In this document: positions 1-8,057 of the stretch, one piece after another
How positions within the stretch are numbered: the first letter of the stretch is position 1
Layout of the letters: each line of letters opens with the position of its first letter
DNA from: Myxococcales bacterium
GTDB taxonomy: Bacteria > Myxococcota_A > UBA9042
NCBI GenBank assembly: GCA_037441385.1
Contig: JBBISH010000118.1
Location: 1 to 19,697, forward strand
Reading direction: 5' to 3'
Length of the DNA: 19,697 bases
Made by a program: the position numbers and the translations under genes
The notes under the pieces: model-generated
Told to the model about the DNA's origin: nothing
Databases searched by the model: none
What the model saw: only the letters and a program-made list of their open reading frames with translations

Positions 1-1217
1 GGGCTTGGCGGTGCCTTGGGCGGTGCCGGCAGCGGCGGCAGTGGCGGCGGCGCAGTTTCGCGCGGCCCGGCGGTGGGCGGCACCAGTTGGGCGCGCGGGG
101 GTGGCACCTTGGGCCCAGCCGGTCCCCACGACGGCAGCCTGGGCGGCAGCGCCGGGTCGCGCCAAGTCACGTCGTCGCCGTTGTCTTCGCGGTGCGCCTT
201 GGCGTCGACTTGCGAGTTCCAGCGGGCGTCGTGACGCTCGGGATGCACCAGGCGCTCGTGGACGCGCACATCGGGCGGCCGATCCTCGGCCACGCTGTAC
301 ATTTGGCGTAGGTAGGCGCCCAGTTGCTCGCGCTCCCACCACAGGCCCAGGTCGTGCGCGGTCGTGGTGAGCGCGGCGCGGAACTCTTTGCCTGTGGCGA
401 AACGATCCGATGGCCGCGCTTGCAGCGCCTTTTCCACCACTTGCCGCAGCGCTGGCGGCACCCTGCCCACCTTGTCGGCTGGCCAAGTCATCTGCGCCCG
501 GCTGACCCGGTCCAAGAGGCGTTTTTGGTCCGGCTCGTCGTACAGTGGCCGCGTGGTTAGGCATTCAAACAGCAGGATGCCGGCGGCGAACAGATCGGAA
601 CGGTGGTCCAGCTCTTGGCCGAGCACCTGCTCGGGGCTCATGTAGTAGATTTTGCCTTTGATCAGACCGGCTTGGGTCTGGGTGTAGCGGTAGGCGGCCT
701 TGGCGATCCCAAAGTCGGTCAGCTTGACCTCGCCAACCAGACTCAGCAGCACGTTTTGCGGCGAGACGTCGCGATGAATGATTCCAAGGGGTTTGCCATC
801 GGACGTATGGCGGCTGTGCGCATAGTCCAGGGCCGAGCACAGCTCCGCGACGATGTAGCAGGCCAGACCGGCCGGCAGATCGCGTTGCTCTTCGTGGTGC
901 CGCTGCAGCACCGAGAAGAGATCGACGCCCTCCAGGTACTCGAACGCGATGTAGTACTCGTCGCCCACCCGCCCAACGTCCAGAATCTGCACGATGTTGG
1001 GGTGAGCCAACTGGCTGACGATCTTGGCTTCGTCGTTCAGCATCTCGACGAAGGCGGCGTCGTGGCTGAACTCGCGGAACATCCGCTTGATGGCTACGGG
1101 TTTTTCGAATCCGCCAAAGCCGGGTAGCGACGCGCGAAAGACCTCGGCCATGCCGCCGCGGCCCACACGTTCGCGCAGGATGTAACGTCCGAAGTTCTGG
1201 GGGAGGCGCGGTTCCAC
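1..1217 (-). CDS. Hanks-type Ser/Thr protein kinase with Pro-rich linker (3' end runs off the window)
   Basis: Not in the ORF track because it has no stop in the window. Hand translation from GTG at 1217 gives MEPRLPQNFGRYILRERVGRGGMAEVF..VAIK..HPNIVQILD..IIHRDVSPQNVLL..VKLTDFGIAK..KGKIYYMSPEQ..DHRSDLFAAG, followed by PPPLPPLPAPPKAPP. In-frame ATGs at 1244 and 1253 are alternative starts. Confidence 0.95.
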   Translation of the reverse strand, partial: MEPRLPQNFGRYILRERVGRGGMAEVFRASLPGFGGFEKPVAIKRMFREFSHDAAFVEMLNDEAKIVSQLAHPNIVQILDVGRVGDEYYIAFEYLEGVDLFSVLQRHHEEQRDLPAGLACYIVAELCSALDYAHSRHTSDGKPLGIIHRDVSPQNVLLSLVGEVKLTDFGIAKAAYRYTQTQAGLIKGKIYYMSPEQVLGQELDHRSDLFAAGILLFECLTTRPLYDEPDQKRLLDRVSRAQMTWPADKVGRVPPALRQVVEKALQARPSDRFATGKEFRAALTTTAHDLGLWWEREQLGAYLRQMYSVAEDRPPDVRVHERLVHPERHDARWNSQVDAKAHREDNGDDVTWRDPALPPRLPSWGPAGPKVPPPRAQLVPPTAGPRETAPPPLPPLPAPPKAPPS

Positions 1218-1279
1218 ACCGCCGGAATGTACACGCAATCGCATCGCAAGCATAGGCGCCGCGGCGCACGGTCGCGAAC

Positions 1280-1313
1280 TTGACTCCCGCCGCAGTTCCG
1301 CTACACCCACGCC
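1280..1313 (+). promoter_or_regulatory. Putative sigma70-type promoter giving leaderless uppP mRNA
   Basis: TTGACT (1280-1285), 16 bp, TACACC (1302-1307), 6 bp, ATG at 1314; no Shine-Dalgarno. Confidence 0.5.
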
Positions 1314-2147
1314 ATGGATCTTACCCACGCCCTCGTACTCGGTATCGTAGAAGGTTTGACCGAATTTGTGCCCGTGTCCTCGACCGGCCACTTGATCCTG
1401 GCCGGGTCGTGGCTTGGTCTGGGGCACGATGCCGCGCAGAAACAGGCCATCGACGCGTTCGACATCGTGATTCAGGCGGGCGCTTGGCTGGCTTGCTGCT
1501 GGTACTATGCGCCGCTGCTTTTAGAGCGCGCACGCGACCTTGCCAGCGATGACCCCGTGCGCAATCAGCGCGGCCGGCGTTTGGCGGTAGGCTTGGCGGT
1601 CGCCTTTGTGCCGGTGATGGTGGTGGGCCTGGTGCTGCGCAAGCAGATCAAGGCGGCGCTGTTTGGCGTGACGCCGGTTGCGGTGGCTCTGGCCGTGGGC
1701 GGTCTGGCGATGATCGCGGCTGATCTGTGGCTGGCGCGGCGGCCACAAAGGCACGAGGGCAAGGAATTGGCCGAGCTCGACGTGCGGACCGCGGCGATTG
1801 TTGGCGGATTTCAATGCTTTTCGCTGCTGCCGGGCACGTCGCGGTCGATGTCGACCATGGTGGGCGGCCTGGCGGCCGGTCTCAGTCGCCGGGCGGCGGC
1901 GGATTTTTCGTTTCTGCTGGCGATCCCGGTGCTCGGCGCCGCCACGGCCTACGAAACATTGAAAGAAGGCAAGATTCTGCTCGATCAGATTGGCATCGAG
2001 GCGATCACGGTGGGATTGTTGGCCAGTTTTTTGGTCGGCTGGGCAGCGATCGCGCTGTTCTTGCGTATCTTGGGCAAAGTCGGGTTGGTGCCGTTTGGCG
2101 TGTACCGGCTGGTGCTGGCCTTGGTGGTATGGAAGACGCTGACGTAG
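1314..2147 (+). CDS. uppP: Undecaprenyl-diphosphate phosphatase (UppP/BacA)
   Basis: LGIVEGLTEFVPVSSTGHL, FDIVIQAGA, FQCFSLLPGTSRS, AADFSFLLAIP and PFGVYR motifs; hydrophobic multi-TM protein. Confidence 0.97.
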   Translation: MDLTHALVLGIVEGLTEFVPVSSTGHLILAGSWLGLGHDAAQKQAIDAFDIVIQAGAWLACCWYYAPLLLERARDLASDDPVRNQRGRRLAVGLAVAFVPVMVVGLVLRKQIKAALFGVTPVAVALAVGGLAMIAADLWLARRPQRHEGKELAELDVRTAAIVGGFQCFSLLPGTSRSMSTMVGGLAAGLSRRAAADFSFLLAIPVLGAATAYETLKEGKILLDQIGIEAITVGLLASFLVGWAAIALFLRILGKVGLVPFGVYRLVLALVVWKTLT

Positions 2148-2209
2148 AGCCGGTTGGGACGGGTTTGCGCACCACGGGTCGACACGCCCAGCGCTAGGTC
2201 GGGGTTCCC

Positions 2210-3124
2210 ATGTCGAGTTCCTTGTTTGACCAACTGGCGCATGGTGTGGCGCGGCCCGTAGCGGTGGTCACGGCGGGCGGTACGCGCGAAGCCATCGACG
2301 ATGTGCGGCATCTGTCCAATGTGGCGACCGGTGCGCTGCCGTGCGCGATCGCCGAGGCGCTGATGGCGCGCGGCTGGCAGGTGGAGTATTTGCACGGCCC
2401 GGGCGCCCGTTTGCCCGGACATCTGCCGGTGGTGATCGACGCCACGGCGGCCGATTGGCCGGCGCGCTGGCACGAGGCTGAGGCGCGCGCCGAGCGGCTC
2501 GCCCGCAAATTGCGCCCGGGGCAAGTGCACTTGCATCCGATCCAGACCGCGGCAGAGGCCGCCGAGGCGCTGGCCAGCTTGTGTCGCGCCTGCCAGCCTG
2601 CCCTGACGGTCTGTGCCATGGCGGTGGCGGACTTTGCGCCCAAGGCGGTGGCCGGCAAGCTGTTGTCGCGCGTCGATTCGCTGGGTCAGCCCACGGCGCC
2701 CTACGGCCGGCCGCAGCGTCCCGATGCCGGGGCCGCGGCGGGGGTGTTGCGCCTGGACCTGTACCCGACCCCCAAGGCCATCGACGGCGTGCGTGCGGCG
2801 GCGCCCCATACGCGCCTGCTGGGCTTCAAGCTGCTGGCCGGCGCCGACGAGGCGACCTTGCTGCAAGCCAGTACACACTTGGCACACCGCGCCCAGGCCG
2901 ATCTGGTCTTTGCCAACGACATGAAGGACTACCGCGCTGGTGCCCGCACTGGCCTCTTGCTGGCCGCGCACGGTGCGGTGTTGGCCCGGCTCGACGGCGG
3001 CCATGGCGAAGAAGCGACTCAGCGCCTGGCCGAGCTCATCGTGCAGTACGTCGCGCGCGATCTGGTCGGGCTACCCGTGAGTCCAGACGCACCAACGCGC
3101 CGCATTGAGCTGGTCAAGCCGTAG
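2210..3124 (+). CDS. coaB: Stand-alone phosphopantothenate--cysteine ligase (CoaB-like)
   Basis: VTAGGTREAIDDVRHLSNVATG, AMAVADF, LDLYPTPKAI, LLGFKLL and ADLVFAND motifs; no N-terminal CoaC flavoprotein domain. Confidence 0.8.
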   Translation: MSSSLFDQLAHGVARPVAVVTAGGTREAIDDVRHLSNVATGALPCAIAEALMARGWQVEYLHGPGARLPGHLPVVIDATAADWPARWHEAEARAERLARKLRPGQVHLHPIQTAAEAAEALASLCRACQPALTVCAMAVADFAPKAVAGKLLSRVDSLGQPTAPYGRPQRPDAGAAAGVLRLDLYPTPKAIDGVRAAAPHTRLLGFKLLAGADEATLLQASTHLAHRAQADLVFANDMKDYRAGARTGLLLAAHGAVLARLDGGHGEEATQRLAELIVQYVARDLVGLPVSPDAPTRRIELVKP

Positions 3125-3181
3125 AGACGCGGCCAATTACTGCTCATTGGTTCAGTAATTGCCGCTTCGGGTCGCGTCTCT
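3121..3181. repeat. GTAG-initiated REP-like palindrome / hairpin between convergent genes
   Basis: gtAGAGACGCGGCC..GGTCGCGTCTCT outer arms (one G-T pair) enclose a perfect CAATTACTG/CAGTAATTG 9-bp stem; overlaps the coaB stop codon. Confidence 0.55.
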
Positions 3182-3325
3182 GGCCCCAAGTGGGGCGCAA
3201 GCGAGCGCCTGCTGCGACTCGCCGCGCCGAGTTCGAGGGTTTGGATGCGCGGAGAAACTCCAAATTGATCCGATCTGTAGTGGGCTTTGGCGGCCGAACG
3301 GTCCATGCCCGTGGCGTCCTGGCGG

Positions 3326-4168
3326 TCAGTGCTTCTTGGCCTTGGCAGCGACCTGAGTCTCCGTTTCGGTCGCCATCCGCCGGTCCAGGCGCTGCAAGGC
3401 GCGCAGGATGGCCTTGGCGAACTGCACATGCGCTTCCGGCTCGGTCAATTGCGGTCCCTCGACCGCGTGCGTCAAGTAACCGATTTCGAACACGATCGCT
3501 GGCATTCGCGCCTCTTTCAACACGCCAAACGCCGCTTGCCGCACCCCGCGAAACCGGGCTTTGGGGCGCACGGCGCGCAGACTGTCGCCCAGGGCGAGGG
3601 CCAGCGTCTCGGCGCGGGCGTGGGCGGCCGCCAGGTCTAGATCCGCCAAGATCCCAGGGGTTGACCAGGCCAGCTGCGCGGTTCCGTCGCCCGCGCGGAT
3701 CCCCTCTTCGCGCTCGACCAGTTGGCGGGCCGCGTCGACGGATGCATCGGCTGCAAGGAAAAACACTTCCATTCCATGTGCTTCGCCGGATTCCTGGGCG
3801 TTGGCGTGGATGCTGATCAGGGCGTCGCCTTTCCAGTCGTTGGCCAAACGCGGGCGCTGGCGCAGCTCCAAGCCCACGTCGCGATCGCGCGTCAATAGCA
3901 CTTCCAGGTCGCTGTGCTCGCGCAACCAGGCCGCGACAGCGACCGCCACGTCAAGGCACAGGACTTTCTCGCGAATGCCCGAAGTGCCCAACGCGCCAAG
4001 GTTATCGCCACCATGACCCGGGTCGAGGACCAAACGCCGCACGTGCGTCAACTGGACGCGCTCGCCCGATGTCGCTGCTTTCTTGGGGTTTGGGCGCGCG
4101 GCGTGGCTTGGCCCTGCCAGCATCACGCTCGCCGCCAGGATCGCTGTTGTCCATCGGGTCCACACCAT
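3326..4168 (-). CDS. N-acetylmuramoyl-L-alanine amidase (Amidase_3, AmiC-like), secreted
   Basis: LVLDPGHGG, EK..L, LTRDRD, LISIHAN, GMEVF, FGVLKEARMPAIVFEIGYLT zinc-amidase motifs. The signal peptide MVWTRWTTAILAASVMLAGPSHA supports the ATG at 4168 rather than the track start at 4696. Confidence 0.93.
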   Translation of the reverse strand: MVWTRWTTAILAASVMLAGPSHAARPNPKKAATSGERVQLTHVRRLVLDPGHGGDNLGALGTSGIREKVLCLDVAVAVAAWLREHSDLEVLLTRDRDVGLELRQRPRLANDWKGDALISIHANAQESGEAHGMEVFFLAADASVDAARQLVEREEGIRAGDGTAQLAWSTPGILADLDLAAAHARAETLALALGDSLRAVRPKARFRGVRQAAFGVLKEARMPAIVFEIGYLTHAVEGPQLTEPEAHVQFAKAILRALQRLDRRMATETETQVAAKAKKH

Positions 4169-4203
4169 GGCCGTGACACTAATCGGACGGGCGGCAAAGT
4201 CAA
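4169..4203 (-). promoter_or_regulatory. Putative sigma70-type promoter giving leaderless amidase mRNA
   Basis: Minus strand: TTGACT (4203-4198), 16 bp, TAGTGT (4181-4176), 7 bp, ATG at 4168. Confidence 0.55.
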
Positions 4204-4316
4204 GAACTGCGCGCACCTGCGCGGCCTGGCCGGTCGTCGCCGGGTGGATCCCGTTCAGTTCCACCGCGGTTCGTGGCACACTTGCCCAATAGGCGCGTTC
4301 GCGCCGGCAGGTTGCT

Positions 4317-5831
4317 ATGGACTTCCGTCGCCTTTCGACGTCCAAATCGACGTTGCGCCCCGTTGGCCGTGCCCTGTCCGCCTGCTTGGCCGCTGGCTTG
4401 GCGTGTTCGGGTTGCAGCGTGGACGGGCTGTTGCTCACTGAATTCACACGCGGCGACAACAAGCCCATGCCCGATCCGGCGCCCTTGACCCTGACCGGCA
4501 CGGTCAGCGACGGCGCTTTGGCGGAAGTCACCGTCCGCGCCAGCGATGGCGAGGCCGTGGCCGGCTTGACCGCGACCGCCAACGACAAGGGCAGCTTTGC
4601 CTTGACCATCGACGGCGCCAGTGGTCTGCAGAATCGCCTGCTGCAGGCCCGCGTGGGGCGTCGCCAGTGGTTGGCCGTCATCCCGCTTTTGCCCAAGCAG
4701 ACCAGCGTGTTGGCGCCTGCTCAGACGTATCGGTTGCAGGACTTGTCGCCGGGCGCCCTGAGCATGGACAGCACCACCTCGGCTTTGGCGGTGTTGGCGC
4801 TGGCCAAGGTGCGCGCGGTGGGCCTCGCCTGGACCGGCGTGTCGTCGTCGGCCTTGACCGAGACGATGATCGGCGCCCACAAACAGCTCCTGGCGGGCGA
4901 TCCGGCGTTGTTGGCGTTTGCCCAGATCGTGGCCAACATCCACGCTCAGGCCGCCACGACGGGCAGCGCCGACCAAGTGCCCCTGCGGTTGGCGACCAGC
5001 GGATCGTTCTTGAACTTGGCCTACTTGCAGGCCAATCCCACCGATTTGGACATGGATGGCCAAGTTGACAGCGGCACGGCGATTTTTGACGCGGCCTTGG
5101 CGGCAGCCCTGCAAAGCTTTGCGTTCAAGGCCTGCTACGAGCCGCGCCGCATCGCGGTGGTCATCGAGACCAAACTCAGCGAGGGCGCCCTGGACCGCAA
5201 CTGCACGCCGATCAACCCGTACACGTGGACCGAAAAGGCGCCCAACAAGCAGGTCTTTGTCACCGGCGGAATTCACCCAGACACGCTGCTGTGCACGGGG
5301 GCCGCGGCCCCCAGTTGCTTGACCGCCGCCGAGGTGGATGCCGCGGGCGCTGCGCTGGGCGGTTGGGTCCCCAACGCTGTACCGATGTTCGACGACGGCA
5401 GCCATGGCGACGGCAAGGCCGGCGACGGCGTATGGACCGCGCAGTTCAATTTGCCCTATATCGAGCCAAGTCAGGGAGTTGATCCGGTACGCATCGCGTA
5501 CAAGTTTACGTATGGCTTGCCCGGCCAGGGCTGGACGGACGCCGAAGAGTTTCCCGGCAATCAGCGAATTCTTGAGCTAGTGGACGTAGATGGCGATCAT
5601 ATCATCACGCGATTCGACTTCTTTGCTGACGAAACTACCAACAAAGACAAGAAAAATGGCCTATTCGCATCGGCGGGCGGCTGCGGCGAAATGAAGTGGC
5701 CCAGCAAGAGCAGTCCCGAATGCGTCTCGGACACCCGCGAGCGCAAGACCGACTTGGACGGCGACTGCAAGCCCGACGGCTTCGCTTCGCCCGGCAGCGC
5801 CACGCCCCTCGCCATCCCGTGCCCCAACTGA
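4317..5831 (+). CDS. Putative lipoprotein with CBM20-like/choice-of-anchor-X-like C-terminal region and Ca-binding DxDxDG-like loops
   Basis: 504-aa ORF; lipobox-like LAAGLACSGC; FDDGSHGDGKAGDGVWT motif; VFVTGG..LGGW.P..W....LP..YKF pattern; DLDMDGQVD, DVDGDH and DLDGDC loops. Exact start uncertain. Confidence 0.75.
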   Translation: MDFRRLSTSKSTLRPVGRALSACLAAGLACSGCSVDGLLLTEFTRGDNKPMPDPAPLTLTGTVSDGALAEVTVRASDGEAVAGLTATANDKGSFALTIDGASGLQNRLLQARVGRRQWLAVIPLLPKQTSVLAPAQTYRLQDLSPGALSMDSTTSALAVLALAKVRAVGLAWTGVSSSALTETMIGAHKQLLAGDPALLAFAQIVANIHAQAATTGSADQVPLRLATSGSFLNLAYLQANPTDLDMDGQVDSGTAIFDAALAAALQSFAFKACYEPRRIAVVIETKLSEGALDRNCTPINPYTWTEKAPNKQVFVTGGIHPDTLLCTGAAAPSCLTAAEVDAAGAALGGWVPNAVPMFDDGSHGDGKAGDGVWTAQFNLPYIEPSQGVDPVRIAYKFTYGLPGQGWTDAEEFPGNQRILELVDVDGDHIITRFDFFADETTNKDKKNGLFASAGGCGEMKWPSKSSPECVSDTRERKTDLDGDCKPDGFASPGSATPLAIPCPN

Positions 5832-5838
5832 GCTGGAG

Positions 5839-6327
5839 ATGGCCGGCGACACAGGCAACAAGCCAAATCGGGCCAAGGTTCGCTCGCTGGCGGGCGAGGC
5901 CAAGCTGCCGGTCGAAGACGCGCTGATCGCTCTGCAGTTGGCGGGTTTTGACGTCAAGCACGGCAACGACGGCCTGAGCGGTGGCGAGCTGCGCCGCGCC
6001 CGCGAAGCCTTGGGTCTGCGCGCTTGGGGCAGCGAGGCGCCCGCAATCGAGCGCCTGGGCCGCGACGTCTTGTTGGTGCGGATGCTGCGACCGATGGCGG
6101 CGATGGGCAAATTCGGGCCCGAGCACCACACCCACATCGTGCACCTGTACGCCAAGGGCATTCCCGACGATCAGAAGGGCGAAGCACGTAACTTAGTTGA
6201 AGAATTGCTCCGCGACGGGACCTTGGGCGAAAAGCAGAACGTGGGCCAGCGCCACGTTTGGCTGACCAACAAGGGGCGCGCGGTCTTGGACGCCGCGCTG
6301 CAACGGCTGGGCAAGGATACCCCATGA
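5839..6327 (+). CDS. Hypothetical protein (IF2_N-like N-terminus, winged-helix-like C-terminus)
   Basis: Fills the gap between co-oriented genes: 7 bp after the upstream stop, and its TGA overlaps the next ATG (ATGA 6324-6327). Domain calls are by-eye resemblance only. Confidence 0.8.
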   Translation: MAGDTGNKPNRAKVRSLAGEAKLPVEDALIALQLAGFDVKHGNDGLSGGELRRAREALGLRAWGSEAPAIERLGRDVLLVRMLRPMAAMGKFGPEHHTHIVHLYAKGIPDDQKGEARNLVEELLRDGTLGEKQNVGQRHVWLTNKGRAVLDAALQRLGKDTP

Positions 6328-7712
6328 CGGCTGCCCTTGCCGAAATGCTGGAGCGACTTGGCCTGCGGTTTTCTATAGATCCCGGCGATTTGCAGGCCTA
6401 TGGGCGCGACTGGACGCGGGCCTTTGCAGCGAACGCTGCGGCCGTGGTCTGGCCGGCCAATACTGACCAAGTCTCAGACATCTTGAGGTTCTGTAGCGAG
6501 CACCGTCTGGCCGTCGTCCCTTCAGGTGGTCGCACCGGGCTAGCCGGTGGCGCCGTGGCGACGCGCGGCGAGATCGTGTTGTCGCTTGACCGCTTGGGCG
6601 ATCTGGACCCGGTCGACACGGCCGGCCGCAGCGTCGAGGTGGGCGCGGGGGTGACCAACCAAGCCCTGCAAGACCACTTGCGGCCGCATGGCCTGTGGTG
6701 GCCGGTGGACTTGGCGAGCAAGGGCTCGGCGCAGATCGGCGGCAATTTGGCCACGAATGCCGGGGGCTTGCGCGTGCTCCGCTATGGCCATGCGCGCCAT
6801 TGGCTGCTGGGTGTACAGGCCGTCAAGATGGACGGCAGTGTGTTGCAGCTGGGCGGGCCGCTGGCCAAGGACAATTCTGGCTATGCTTTGGCGCAGTTAC
6901 TGGCTGGCAGCGAAGGTACTCTGGCGGTGATGACCCGAGCGACCCTGGCGCTGGCGCCGCTTCCTGGGCCCACTCAGACCTTGCTGCTGGCCTGCCCGTC
7001 GCTGGGGGCGGTGGTCCGGGCGTTGGCATGGCTGCGAAGTCGGCCGATCACGTTGGATGCCTTCGAGGTTTTTTCCGACCTCTGCGTCGAGCACGTCGCG
7101 CGGCACACGGGCCAGCGGCGGCCGTTGCCCACTTCGGCGCCATGGTATGCGTTGGTGGCGTTCGAGGACCCGCAAGACAGTCAGACCGACGCCATCTTGG
7201 TCGGCTTGCTCGACGGGGGCCTGGCCAGTGACGGTGCCGTGGCGGTCGACCGCCAGCATGCCCAGCGCCTGTGGCAGTGGCGCGAGCGGATCACCGAGTC
7301 CTTGCAAGCATTTACGCCCCACAAGAACGATATCGCCGTACCCGTCGCCGCCCTGCCCGCCTTTGGCGCCGACTTGTTGGCTTGGCTGAACCGCCAAGCG
7401 TTGCCGTTGCCGATCGCGGTGTTCGGCCACGTGGGCGACGGCAACCTGCACCTGAACACGCTGCGGCCCGTGGATTGGAGCGCCGAGCGGTTTTCGGCCA
7501 CCTGTGATGAGCTGGACGGCGACCTGTTTGCGCTGGTGGCCAAGCACCGCGGCTCGATCTCGGCCGAGCACGGCATTGGCCTGGTCAAAAAGCCGTGGCT
7601 GCATCTGACCCGTGGCCCCGCCGAGGTGGCGACGATGCGGGCCGTGAAGCGTGCCTGGGACCCGCAGGGACTGCTCAATCCCGGCAAGATCTTCGATACG
7701 CACCCCACCTGA
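6324..7712 (+). CDS. FAD-binding oxidoreductase, D-2-hydroxyglutarate dehydrogenase-like (FAD_binding_4 + FAD-oxidase_C)
   Basis: PSGGRTGLAGGA, IGGNLATNAGG, GSEGTL, PHKNDIAV, FGHVGDGNLHLN, GSISAEHGIG and DPQGLLNPGKIF motifs; ATG at 6324 coupled to the upstream stop. The last four codons and the stop come from MITE copy 1. Confidence 0.92.
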   Translation: MTAALAEMLERLGLRFSIDPGDLQAYGRDWTRAFAANAAAVVWPANTDQVSDILRFCSEHRLAVVPSGGRTGLAGGAVATRGEIVLSLDRLGDLDPVDTAGRSVEVGAGVTNQALQDHLRPHGLWWPVDLASKGSAQIGGNLATNAGGLRVLRYGHARHWLLGVQAVKMDGSVLQLGGPLAKDNSGYALAQLLAGSEGTLAVMTRATLALAPLPGPTQTLLLACPSLGAVVRALAWLRSRPITLDAFEVFSDLCVEHVARHTGQRRPLPTSAPWYALVAFEDPQDSQTDAILVGLLDGGLASDGAVAVDRQHAQRLWQWRERITESLQAFTPHKNDIAVPVAALPAFGADLLAWLNRQALPLPIAVFGHVGDGNLHLNTLRPVDWSAERFSATCDELDGDLFALVAKHRGSISAEHGIGLVKKPWLHLTRGPAEVATMRAVKRAWDPQGLLNPGKIFDTHPT

Positions 7713-7828
7713 TTCACGCCTGTACGGCTCTGTTGACCCGTTGTGCAACTGGCGAAAATCAGGCGGGGACCCCGGTTCGGGCCCGGAGAATCGCCTGAAT
7801 TTTCGATCCGATTCGGACGGAACCGGTA
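7697..7828 (+). mobile_element. 132-bp MITE-like element, copy 1
   Basis: TACGCACCCCACCTGATTC...GATTCGGACGGAACCGGTA flanked by the direct repeat CGA (7694-7696 and 7829-7831); colinear with three other copies. Confidence 0.88.
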
Positions 7829-7861
7829 CGATTTGTAGCGAATTGGAGGTCCGCGGCGACC

Positions 7862-7893
7862 GGGCGGCGAGGGTTCACTTCCTCCGCGCCGCC
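7862..7893. terminator. GC-rich hairpin between convergent genes (possible terminator)
   Basis: GGGCGGCG ... CGCCGCCC 8-bp arms with inner AGG/CCT pairing; no strong U-tract. Confidence 0.3.
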
Positions 7894-7925
7894 CCGCACC
7901 TGTCGGCTATCTTCTCTAGGACTTA

Positions 7926-8057
7926 TACGAACCCCGTCTGATTCACGCCTGTACGGCTTCTCTGACCCGGTCTGCAACCGGCGAGAATCAGGCGGGGACC
8001 CCGGTTCGGGCCCGGAGAATTGCCCGAGTTTTCGATCCGATTCGGACGGAACTGGTA
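7926..8057 (+). mobile_element. 132-bp MITE-like element, copy 2
   Basis: TACGAACCCCGTCTGATTC...GATTCGGACGGAACTGGTA flanked by TTA (7923-7925) and CTA (8058-8060, the acyl-CoA dehydrogenase stop). Confidence 0.88.

Noticed and set aside
4274..4285. TGGCAC..TTGC upstream of the lipoprotein as a sigma54 promoter
   Set aside because: The spacing is 2 nt instead of the required 5.
4169..4696. Long N-terminal extension of the amidase ORF
   Set aside because: It is antisense to the lipoprotein gene; the signal peptide and promoter fit ATG 4168.
7697..8057. Two tandem repeats separated by about 97 bp as a CRISPR array or composite transposon
   Set aside because: The repeats are 132 bp, only two are adjacent, others are dispersed, there are no cas genes, and each copy has its own flanking duplication.
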